From Octopus bimaculoides (Eukaryota): a DNA stretch of 64,000 nt. The position numbers were made by a program, and so were the translations under genes. Numbering within the stretch: position 1 is the first letter of the stretch; every line of letters begins with the position of its first letter. This document shows positions 13,135 to 22,943 of this stretch, one piece after another. A model generated the notes under the pieces. It ran no database searches. It was not told the DNA's origin and saw only the letters and a program-made list of their open reading frames with translations. The stretch spans positions 110,680,923 through 110,744,922 of the forward strand of contig NC_068981.1 in assembly GCF_001194135.2 (NCBI RefSeq), given 5' to 3'.

Positions 13135-13945
13135 CGAGGGGTATATGAAAAGTCTTGAGCCTCAAAAAATAAATCACTGTACAAGACTTCTGATGATTTA
13201 TTTTTCAACATAGTCCCCCTCGATGACTGAACACTTTTTCCAGCGGTGCTGAAGCGCCATTATCCTGGCGAAGAGGAACTCTTTTGTTTCAGACTCCAAG
13301 AAACTTCCTACAGCGTCTATGACGTCATTGTCACTGGCAAAATGTCGACCACCCAGGGTTTTTTTCATTTTTGGGTATAAATGAAATTCAAAGGGGGCTA
13401 AGTCTGGCGAATAAGACGGATGGGGAATAGGTTCATATCCACAATCACGAATTGTTGCCATGGCAATCACTGAGGTGTGGGCTGGAGCATTGTTGTGATG
13501 AAAAAGGACTCCTCTAGTGAGCATTCCTGGCCTTTGTTCTTTGATTGCTTCTTGGAGGCATTTCAGTAGCTGAGAATAATACAGCCCTGTCATGGTGTGA
13601 CCCTTTTCAAGGTAATCGATCAGCAAGACACTTTGAGAATCCAAAAAAAAAAACTGACGCCATGACCTTGCCAGCTGAAGGAATGACCCTGGCTTTCTTT
13701 GGGGTAGGAGATGTGTGCTTACACTGCTTTGATTGTTCTTTGGTTTCAGGNNNNNNNNNNNNNNNNNNNNNNNNNNNNNNNNNNNNNNNNNNNNNNNNNN
13801 NNNNNNNNNNNNNGGACTCACCATATCTTCATGGATTTCTGATGGAGTCATGCCTTTCAAATGAAGGTACTTTATGACAGCACGATACTCAGTTTTCTCC
13901 GTTTTCATTGTAACCTCGACACTTGTTTATTCAAAAATCTGCAGC
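13135..13945 (-). mobile_element. Mariner (Tc1/mariner DD34D) transposon, 5' TIR not seen
   Basis: TIR-like cgaggggtatatgaaaagtcttgagcctca follows TA at 13133-13134. No matching TIR is visible at the other end. Confidence 0.9.
13198..13908 (-). pseudogene. Mariner transposase, defective
   Basis: MKTEKTEYRAVIKYLHLKG (HTH start), GVLFHHNNAPAHTS (normally HHDNAPAH) and YSPDLAPFEFHLYPKMK (normally SPDLAPSDFHLF). The second and third catalytic Asp are changed, and a gap or deletion lies at 13751-13813. Confidence 0.9.
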
Positions 13946-14169
13946 AAAAAAAAATTAAAAAATCAGAATCATGGAAATGAGCAAGAATACCCCGAAAAGA
14001 CTGTAGTAAACAGAAAAAAATTTTCCTCAAAAAGTACCAAAATTTTAATTTGTAATATTTTGCCTAAAAATCAACTGAAATGCATAATATATATTATTTA
14101 TATTATACAGAGCTTTATTTTAAAGTGACCTACACATATTTAATGTATTTACTTTATAATCAGAAAGTT

Positions 14170-14700
14170 GCATCGTCAACAGGGTGAGATTCCTCTTTGT
14201 ACCAATGTCATTGTCCTTCTTTCAATTTAGCACAAAGCTCTGCATCGGGTTGGGCAGTAGCAGAGCATTGATTGTTTAGATATGCAATTTCGACTTATTC
14301 TTGACTTTAATGTTATTTAGGACTGAAAGTCTTCTCTCTGCTGCAGCTGAAGAATGTGGTAATGATAGGAACTGAAACATAAAGCACGACAGGACCGGAT
14401 AACGAGCTTCATCTCCATATTTTTCCTTAGAAGTTTTATATCAATAATCTTCTGGTTTGGTAGCTTCAGTAATGTCATTGTTATCTTGACGTTTAAGTTC
14501 TCTCCGTTCTTTATTAAGAGGTTCAATCTGACTCTCCTTAACAATATTTGGAAATTTGCATTTCAGAGAAATAATTGAACTTGAACCATTGCAATCACGA
14601 ATACAAACTGGGTCTAGTGCCTCTAGAAGCTTCAGGTTACGGAAGAAATCATGTGTAAAGGAGCGTTGAAAAAATTCCTTCTCAAGGCACACATAAAAAT
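14170..14700 (-). mobile_element. hAT-like transposase C-terminal (dimerisation domain) remnant
   Basis: Read-through of ORF 14441-14692 gives RYPVLSCFMFQFLSLPHSSAAAERRLSVLNNIKVKNKSKLHI*TINALL, matching the hAT LS.PHS.A..ER.FS..N..K.K.R..L motif. Confidence 0.7.
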
Positions 14701-14708
14701 TTAATGTT

Positions 14709-15753
14709 GGATCTAGTCTTTCTCATTCGCAAAATCAGCCAAACTTGATTTTGCTCAGATTGCTTTCATTTTTGGTGTATCGATACAACTCTGAATTTTG
14801 ATTGCGATCAGCCAATTACTTTATCTCGTAAATTAAAGAATCTGATGTTATTTGGAATTAAAACTGGGAAATTTCGATAATTTTAGCCAATCAACAGACA
14901 GCGTGGCATTAGCAGCTTGTTACCATGACAACAGGACGCTGTGCTGTGGTTCACTTCACTGTTGTCTCACTGTTGTCTGTGACGCACGTTGTTTGATGTT
15001 GATTTTTTACAATTGATTCTTCACACCACGAGATTCTTTTCACCCGCGTGTTTTGTTTTAATTTTTCTGTGTTAGTATATTACATATTTTTCTGTGCTTC
15101 TCTGTGTTAGTATTTTTCTGTGCTTACTGTGTATCATCTATTCTTATCGTAGTTTATAAATCCAAGCATGAAAACGTTACTCAACTCTGGAGTTTTGNNN
15201 NNNNNNNNNNNNNNNNNNNNNNNNNNNNNNNNNCACACACACACACACACACACACACACTTATATATTAATGATGTACATAAATACATGGCAGGTATAC
15301 ATAATACTGAAATACGCATAAAGTAAACACATGCAGACAAATATATTAATATAACAAATTTTAAAAAATTAAAAAATACAATCAACGAATGAGAAAGACT
15401 AGATCCAGATAAAACATGTTGATTTTATTAGGTACAAACCTACATTGAAACTAGGTATTTCTGTTTATTTCCATATCTACAATGAACAAATCAGACGCTA
15501 AATTTCACAGGGTACAACCTTAAAGTTGACACAGCTCCGCTAAACGCTGAAGATTTCTGTCTCGCTATTGGCTAAACATATCCAGTTTTTTTCGATTTTT
15601 AAACCTCTGTAACTTTTTCTCCGATTTTTTTTTTCTCCTCAAAATCGTACCTTCAAAGCAATGGGGCTTGAATGCGATGTTATTATAGCCAATTTTCAGA
15701 TTTTTTACTGTCTTCTACAAAAAGTGTATTTTGTGAATGAAAAAGCTAGATCC
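14709..15753. mobile_element. Non-autonomous TIR element with GGATCTAG termini and 8-bp TSD (Merlin-like, or hAT)
   Basis: The left end ggatctagtctttctcattcgcaaaat (14709-) and right end attttgtgaatgaaaaagctagatcc (-15753) are inverted matches. Exact flanking TSD ttaatgtt at 14701-14708 and 15754-15761. Confidence 0.7.
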
Positions 15754-16034
15754 TTAATGTTTTCACATATAATTTTTTCAATGCATGAAGCTTATACATA
15801 TGTACGTACATACATACATTACTTAGATTACTTCTCATTCATTATACTTTCTGTCATGTCTTTGGTGTGTGCGTATGTTCGTATCTGCATTCGTGCCTGT
15901 ATGTAGACATCTGAGTTTTATCCTTTCAACTGATGTTTAAAAAACACATTTATTACTTTAAAGCTGAAAAGGGTAGTATGACAATAGCGTTTACCAACAT
16001 TGCCTAGATTTCTCGCTGTACAAGCAGTATCCAC

Positions 16035-16037
16035 CCT

Positions 16038-16092
<55 letters not shown>
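16035..16092. repeat. (CTA)n microsatellite
   Basis: Direct reading of the sequence. Confidence 0.97.
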
Positions 16093-16113
<21 letters not shown>

Positions 16114-16559
16114 ACTTCACGTCTGCTAGCACTCAGTATTATAATTACCAACCTAACCACCTAGTGCTCTAATGTACTTACCATACAGCAAACTCTCCTT
16201 ACTGTGATTTGACTTATCATCATTGCCACCCGCTAGGATTGAAGACTCTACTTATTCCTTGTCCCTTTCACTGCACTCCCCACTTCTATCATCTTTTCTA
16301 ATGATCTATCATTTGCTTCATCTACAACTGCCGCTCTTTTGTTTCAACCCTGATCTTGTTTCTCCACCACAGATTCTGAATCCTATTTATTGCAAGCACT
16401 CACCAGCGCTCACACACGCACATACATCTATTTCTTTCACACTACATTTTTACAGTCTCATTATATATAGAAACAAACTCACTCATACATAGTCTCACAC
16501 ACATATGTATCTATTTACCTATCTGTGTATTTATCTAGGTAGATAGAGATACTCTCTCT

Positions 16560-16599
<40 letters not shown>

Positions 16600-17351
16600 A
16601 TCTATCTATGTGTGTGTGTATGTGCATATCTATGTATGTTTATGCAACTCCCACACTCACCCACCCCCCACACACAACCCCCCCTCACACACACAAAAAT
16701 GATATAACAAACATGTCGGTAACTAATTTGTTTGCTTTAACGCTCTTTATTTTGTTTTCTGTCCTTCTTGCTTTCTTCCCTTCCTTTCCTGTGAAGTGAC
16801 ACAGCAACTTCGATGGTTTTACCATTGACTCAAGCTAGGCACTCTGCAAAAACGATCGACCAGCTTTCCTTCCTTCCTTTCCAAAGCTGTCAATATGACA
16901 ACTTTATTTAACTTGCCGAATTCATCTCAGGTTTCTCTCTTCCCCTTCTCTTCCTTTCTGACTTGCTTTTCCAATTCGATTGTATTTTTTTCCTCTTCGT
17001 AAAGCAGACGCGCACGCGCACGCGCAGACACACATACGTACATATACATGCACAGAGATAAACATGCTCACACTCTAATACTACCTACACGCTTACAAAC
17101 TATATAAACTGTGCAGACGTATTGTTGTGAGTAAATGCATTTGTGTTTACATATAGTGAATGTGTGTGTGTGTGTGTGTGTGTATAAGTGTATGAGTGAG
17201 TATATGCATAATATATGTGCGCGTATGTGTATACACAAATATTTATATGTAAGAATGCTTTTATGCGTACATACGTACGTATGAGTATCGGTCTAAGGTA
17301 CCACTCTATTCGGATGCACGGGCTCCGATCCTACCGTTGCCAATTACTTTT

Positions 17352-17511
17352 AGGCACAGGTGTGGCTGTGTGGTAAGAAGTTTGCTCCCCAACCACATGG
17401 TTCTGGGTTTAGTCCTACGGCTCGACACTTTGGGCATCTGCCTTCTATAGCCACAGGTCAACCAAAGCCTCGTGAGTGGATTTGGTAGACAGAAATGGAA
17501 GAGTCCGTCGT
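17352..17511 (+). mobile_element. tRNA-derived SINE family 1, 5' half
   Basis: aggcacaggtgtggctgtgtggtaagaagtttgc..ggttctgggtttagtcc (A/B-box-like head) and gtgagtggatttggtagacagaaa match the copy at 24557. It runs into (TATG)n/(TG)n and a gap. Confidence 0.8.
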
Positions 17512-17568
17512 ACACACACACGTATGTATGTATGTATGTATGTATGTATGTATGTATGTATGTATGTA

Positions 17569-17627
<59 letters not shown>

Positions 17628-18198
17628 NNNNNNNNNNNNNNNNNNNNNNNNNNNNNNNNNNNNNNNNNNNNNNNNNNNNNNNNNNNNNNNNNNNNNNNNN
17701 NNNNNNNNNNNNNNNNNNNNNNNNNNNNNNNNNNNNNNNNNNNNNNNNNNNNNNNNNNNNNNNNNNNNNNNNNNNNNNNNNNNNNNNNNNNNNNNNNNNN
17801 NNNNNNNNNNNNNNNNNNNNNNNNNNNNNNNNNNNNNNNNNNNNNNNNNNNNNNNNNNNNNNNNNNNNNNNNNNNNNNNNNNNNNNNNNNNNNNNNNNNN
17901 NNNNNNNNNNNNNNNNNNNNNNNNNNNNNNNNNNNNNNNNNNNNNNNNNNNNNNNNNNNCTACTCTCCACCCCTGACTGTCCGAAACCTTCAGAGAAACT
18001 TTCGAATATGTGCCATTTCGTAGACCAACTTTTTTAAAAAGTTACAATCATTTTATTGGTTGCATAATTTCACTTTTAAAATTAATGATCGACACGAACT
18101 TATTTAATGTATAGTTCTATATTTAAGAGATGGGGAATTATGTACATTATTTACATTATTTACATTCGACGGATATTTGTCCTCATTTGTTTGTTGTT

Positions 18199-18244
18199 AA
18201 CACAACGTTTCGGCTGATATACCTTCCAGCCTTGTTCAGGTGTC
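18199..18244 (-). ncRNA. Hammerhead motif with mutated core (left arm)
   Basis: Minus strand reads gacac-CTGAACA-a-ggctg-gaaggtatat-cagcc-GAAAC-GTT-gtgtt. Helices I, II and III are intact but the core is CUGAACA (G8 lost). Confidence 0.6.
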
Positions 18245-18343
18245 TTGAGGAAATTTCAAACCTGGGTTCTCATTCCTAAGGTATTTTTCGATGTTATTAT
18301 TATTATTGTTCAGGTCACTGCTTGGAATCGAACATATGCCCAC

Positions 18344-18411
18344 GGGTATATGGTGTAGTGGTTAAGAGCGCGGGCTACTAACCCCAAAATTCCGAGTTCG
18401 ATTCCTAGCAG
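18344..18411 (+). promoter_or_regulatory. tRNA-like Pol III internal promoter (SINE head)
   Basis: A box tggtgtagtgg (18351-18361), anticodon-like stem-loop gggctactaaccc, and B box gagttcgattcc (18394-18405). Confidence 0.75.
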
Positions 18412-18417
18412 TAAAAC

Positions 18418-18492
<75 letters not shown>

Positions 18493-18544
18493 TAACATCA
18501 AAAAAATACCTTAGGAATGAGAACCCAGGTTCGAAATTTCCCAA

Positions 18545-18574
18545 GACACCTGAAGAAGGCCGAAACGTTGTGTT
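18545..18574 (+). ncRNA. Minimal type-I hammerhead ribozyme motif (right arm)
   Basis: gacac-CTGAAGA-a-ggcc-GAAA-C-G-T-T-gtgtt. Helix I is gacac/gtgtt, the core is CUGANGA...GAAA, helix III is a palindromic ACGU, and the GUU triplet predicts cleavage after 18569. Confidence 0.7.
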
Positions 18575-18674
18575 AGCAACAAATAAGATGAGGACAAATA
18601 TCCGTCGAATGTAAATAATGTAAATAATGTTATTTAATGTACTCGATAAGAATGTCTGCATACGCAGATAATAA

Positions 18675-18805
18675 TGGTTTCAAATTTTAGCACAAGGCCA
18701 ACAAGAAGGGTAAGTCGATCACATCGACCCACAGTGCTCAGCTTGTATTAATTTTATCGACCCTGAAAGGATGGAAGGTAAAGTTGACTTCAGCAGAATT
18801 TGAAG
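18675..18805 (-). mobile_element. tRNA-derived SINE family 2, partial
   Basis: gcacaaggcc..aagtcgatcacatcgaccc..ttttatcgaccctgaaaggatggaaggtaaagttgac matches the copy at 19961-20178. Confidence 0.75.
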
Positions 18806-19109
18806 TACGCAGGTAATAGTAATCCATTAAAAAGGGGGTGGGGAATGCAATTTAAACTGCCTAACAATAACTTGTAATCATGTCCTTTACATTTTCTTCC
18901 GTTGCTATGCAAGCTGAGAAAGCTGAAGTTGTGTCTCCTTTAAGTTGATTAAATGTTATTATTTGGAACTTTATTATAAACACATAAATTCGATAAATTA
19001 TTTCGACATCTCCAAAAATCATATCTCGAAATACAGCATTGATATAAACACAGCTAAAATAATTCAGATAGACGTTGATCTATCGAATGAAGTACATAGA
19101 GATTTTCTT

Positions 19110-19470
19110 CTTCTTTTTCTTCTTTTTCTTCTTCTTCTTCTTCTTCTTCTTCTTCTTCTTCTTCTTCTTCGANNNNNNNNNNNNNNNNNNNNNNNNNNNN
19201 NNNNNNNNNNNNNNNNNNNNNNNNNNNNNNNNNNNNNNNNNNNNNNNNNNNNNNNNNNNNNNNNNNNNNNNNNNNNNNNNNNNNNNNNNNNNNNNNNNNN
19301 NNNNNNNNNNNNNNNNNNNNNNNNNNNNNNNNNNNNNNNNNNNNNNNNNNNNNNNNNNNNNNNNNNNNNNNNNNNNNNNNNNNNNNNNNNNNNNNAGAAG
19401 AAGAAGAAGAAGAAGAAGAAGAAGAAGAAGAAGAAGAAGAAGAAGAAGAAGAAGAAGAAGAAGAAGAAGA
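19110..19470. repeat. (CTT)n / gap / (GAA)n tracts
   Basis: Direct reading. The tracts have opposite orientation on either side of an N gap. Confidence 0.9.
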
Positions 19471-19960
19471 AAGGAGCTTGCTGCGGTTGTTTGCGATTCT
19501 TAAAGAAAATGAGAAATTATTTCAAGAAGACATATAAAATCTGATTTTTGGTAGGGGACAAGGTAATTGCCGTGGACATATTTCTGACATATTTCACCTC
19601 AGCGCCGAAATACTCAGCCTCAAAAACCAAGATCAAACTGAAACACACAGCTGAAATACAACATGCTAATACCACTTGTAATAGAAATCAGATTCATTAG
19701 GGGCTCCTTTTTGTAACTCAGCATGAATCTACAATGGTTGAGTTTCACAAAAAAGAAAAAGAAAAAGAAGACAAATGAAAAAAGAGAGAGCAGGGAGGGA
19801 ACAAGAGTGACTTGCAAATCGAATGGTTAGTTATCTTTTTACTCTAAACCACTGTCCGGAGAGTGTTTCCAAAATGCGAACCTTGAAACATGTAGTGTCC
19901 AAAGAAATGTAGCATACAGATTCATAGAATGTAAGGTGGTGATGATGGGAAGCATAGAAT

Positions 19961-20178
19961 CTTTTCTACTCTAGGCACAAGGCCCGAAATTTGGGGGCAG
20001 AGGGCAAGTCGATTAGATCGACCCAGTACGCAATTGGTACTTAATTTATCGACCTCAAAAGGATGGAAGGCAAAGTCGACCTCAGCAGGATTTGAACTCA
20101 GAACGTAAAGACAGAAGAAATACCGCTAAACATTTCGCCCGGCGTGCTAACGTTTCTGCCAGCTCACCGCCTTGACGA
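19961..20178 (-). mobile_element. tRNA-derived SINE family 2, full length with 12-bp TSD
   Basis: Minus-strand head aaggcggtgagctggcagaaacgttagc..gttctgagttcaaatcc. TSD gaagcatagaat at 19949-19960 and 20179-20190. Confidence 0.9.
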
Positions 20179-20835
20179 GAAGCATAGAATAATGATTACA
20201 AGGGAGGACGTGTAATTTTCTTGAATGCTGCATTGCCTCTTTCGACTAGAAAATAAATAAAAGTCCAATCCATTTTAAAATTTATCCATATAGCTACCTA
20301 ACATTTTATCGATTTCTGAATCTGGTTACACAGACGCGTATATGCGTTCACCTCCAACATGAAATGGAATAGATGCAAGTGGAGCTGAAGCTTCAGAATC
20401 CAAAAATAGACTGATATATCAAGAAAGGATTAAAAGTTTCAAATATAAGTTCGTAAGTTGGCATAAATGTCCTGGTTAACGTAAGATATGGATGGACGTA
20501 AACAGGACGGTTTGATCTTTGTAGCTTTGGATATATGGGGGAAGAGTACTTAACTTTCGGAGACTGACATGGTGAAAGAGAAAGAAATAGAGAACAAGGA
20601 CCCAGACTCGAAATATATTGATTCCAACGAAAATACTGGGGTCATTTATAATGGCTGAACGGAGAAGAAGAGAAATAAGAAATAAAGAAAGGAAATATGG
20701 AAATAAAGCGAGACAATGGTAGACAAAGAGAATGGTGTGAGATTTGGATAGAAAATATGATCTGAATTATGTCCTGATTCGATTCCAACTAAAATATCTC
20801 TGGTGTCTAAAAAAGAACATGCAAAATAAAGACAG

Positions 20836-20886
<51 letters not shown>

Positions 20887-22300
20887 GGAGAGAGAAAAAT
20901 GAAGAGGAGAGGGAAAGATAAAAATTAAGAATAGAAAGCGAAAAAGTGGAAAAAGAGCAAATCATATGCAAACCATACAATTTGCGTTTAAATTATGAAG
21001 CGTATCTTATACATACTTGCCTAGATAATTTAAACGCGAGACTAAAGCAGTACCGATGGATATTTCAGCCTCGGTATCTCCGTTCATTTTTTGAAACTAT
21101 TTAGTTAGCTGCTTTTTTTCTCTCTTTCAGTTTTTCTCTACTATCTTTTAATCTTTGAAACACTTGAGTAAAGATTATATCTCTGTAGAAAGAGAAAAAT
21201 ATCTTTAATGAACATTCTCCTGTTTCAGTGAGTCTAGAGAACATTCCATTGTAATTATCCAGATCAATTAGTCTTAACACTGTTTGAATAAATAGTATAG
21301 AGCTCATGGCTTATTTGCATTCTTATTGTTTTCTTTTCTTTTTGTCTGTCTCTCTCTTTCTCTTTCTCTCTTTCTCCCCCCTCTCTCTCTCACTAGTAGC
21401 AATGTACAAGTGAAACTAACTACCATATAGAATTATATATATGTTTATAAACAGCGGAGGTCACCAATTATAATGATGATGTGCAACGATAATATGCACC
21501 GAATAAATGAGAGAACAATATTAATTGCGTGTTGAGATGGTCTTTTATTTATATCATTATTAACGTTGTTACTGTGTAGAATACATCTTGAAGTTGTTTG
21601 TGTACACAAGTTTTTTATTGTTCTATAGTCCATTCTGTATGGTAGTTAGTTTCGTCTGTAAGTGACTACGTTAATCAGAGAGAGAGAGAGACAGACAGAC
21701 AGACAGGCAGACAGGGAGTAGGAGAGAGTCTAAACAATTATAGAGAGTAAAAGTTGTGTTGGCCCTCGCAAAAAGGTGTTGCTTCTCCATCGGCGCCGGA
21801 ACAAAGAAGACAGAAAGAAGAATGCTCTCTGAGTAGTAGCCAAGGATCAAAGAGAAAGAGATGATTTTTGGTTGCGCATTTATATTCTTCGAAACCAAAT
21901 TAGGTCAGGCTAAACAAAAGATTTCCTTCTGTATCTAATTTGACCCATGTATGACTAGATAAGTTAAGCGCTCAGTTTATACTTATAAATTTCCTAGTGC
22001 AACAGGCTAGAACAATAAGCAGAGGACCTGTAGGAAATTGTGAATTCGATTTCTAATCTCGNNNNNNNNNNNNNNNNNNNNNNNNNNNNNNNNNNNNNNN
22101 NNNNNNNNNNNNNNNNNNNNNNNNNNNNNNNNNNNNNNNNNNNNNNNNNNNNNNNNNNNNNNNNNNNNNNNNNNNNNNNNNNNNNATATATATATATATA
22201 ATTTAGATTCCAATTGAATATGGCACTTAAGTTTAGACACCAGAATATAGTATGGTATTATCTAAACAATTCCAAAAACAAGGTGATCAAAAATCAATAA

Positions 22301-22867
22301 AAGCAACACGGATTTTCAAGGTTATTGCAGTATGCACGTTTCATGCAACTCCATTTATTTAAGTAATGCGAGCATTACATTAAATGTAAAATGCAGAGCA
22401 ATCTTCAGCTGCACAAGGATACAGAAAATTTGCTGAAATTTTATTTCAGAAGAATGGACATATTACTGTTGTGACAACATTTAAACAATCTAAGTGGGAA
22501 AGAATACAAAAAAACCATCTTGAAATAGCCAAAGCTAGCAGGTTAGTAATTAATTCTAGGCAGAAATTTAACTGTCCCTGATTTTATTTGTTTTTTATCT
22601 AGTGATTTAAAGCTTAAAGGGGCAACCAGCCTTTCTCTTATAAGGAAAGGGAATGGGTAAACATTATACATGGATATGGTTATAAAGATTCAACTGGTCA
22701 TAGTGGTAACACAATTTTAGGTTGTTTTTTTTACTACTATCAGACTAATTTATAATGTAGTGGGGGAAATTTAACATTTTACATTTAATGTAATGCTCGC
22801 ATTACTTAAATAAATGGAGTTGCATGAAACGTGCGTACTGCAATAACCTTGAAAATCCGTGTTGCTT
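22301..22867. repeat. 93-bp near-perfect inverted repeat (arms 22301-22393 and 22775-22867)
   Basis: The arms are reverse complements with one mismatch (tatgc/tacgc). The spacer is about 380 bp. Confidence 0.9.
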
Positions 22868-22877
22868 CTTTTGATTT

Positions 22878-22943
<66 letters not shown>

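Larger units (their letters stand above)
18112..18630. mobile_element. Palindromic (head-to-head) tRNA-headed SINE with hammerhead-ribozyme motifs, TSD-flanked
   Basis: The left arm (about 18112-18333) is the reverse complement of the right-arm sequence. A central hairpin atatgccc-ac-gggtatat lies at 18334-18351. Flanking direct repeat tatttaatgta at 18101-18111 and 18631-18641. Confidence 0.85.

Noticed and set aside
13453-13467. X-box-like gttgccatggcaat
   Set aside because: It falls within the mariner coding sequence (VIAMATI), so it is most simply a coding coincidence.
14701-15757. Kolobok/piggyBac assignment (TTAA TSD) for the GGATCTAG element
   Set aside because: TTAA abuts only the right end. 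On the left it is 4 bp away, and the 8-bp ttaatgtt duplication explains both flanks.
18344-18411. Functional tRNA-Ser(ACT) gene
   Set aside because: A and B boxes and an anticodon arm are present, but there is no complementary acceptor stem, and the sequence runs into (AAT)n and a SINE body. It is a SINE head.
19550-19630. Minus-strand ORF-like LILVFEAEYFGAEVKYVRNMST
   Set aside because: It resembles the non-coding subterminal sequence of invertebrate DNA-transposon repeats and has no exon-quality boundaries.
20340-20430. Possible minus-strand exon (LFLDSEASAPLASIPFHVG)
   Set aside because: The donor (gtgaac) is weak, the segment is short and no homology was recognised.
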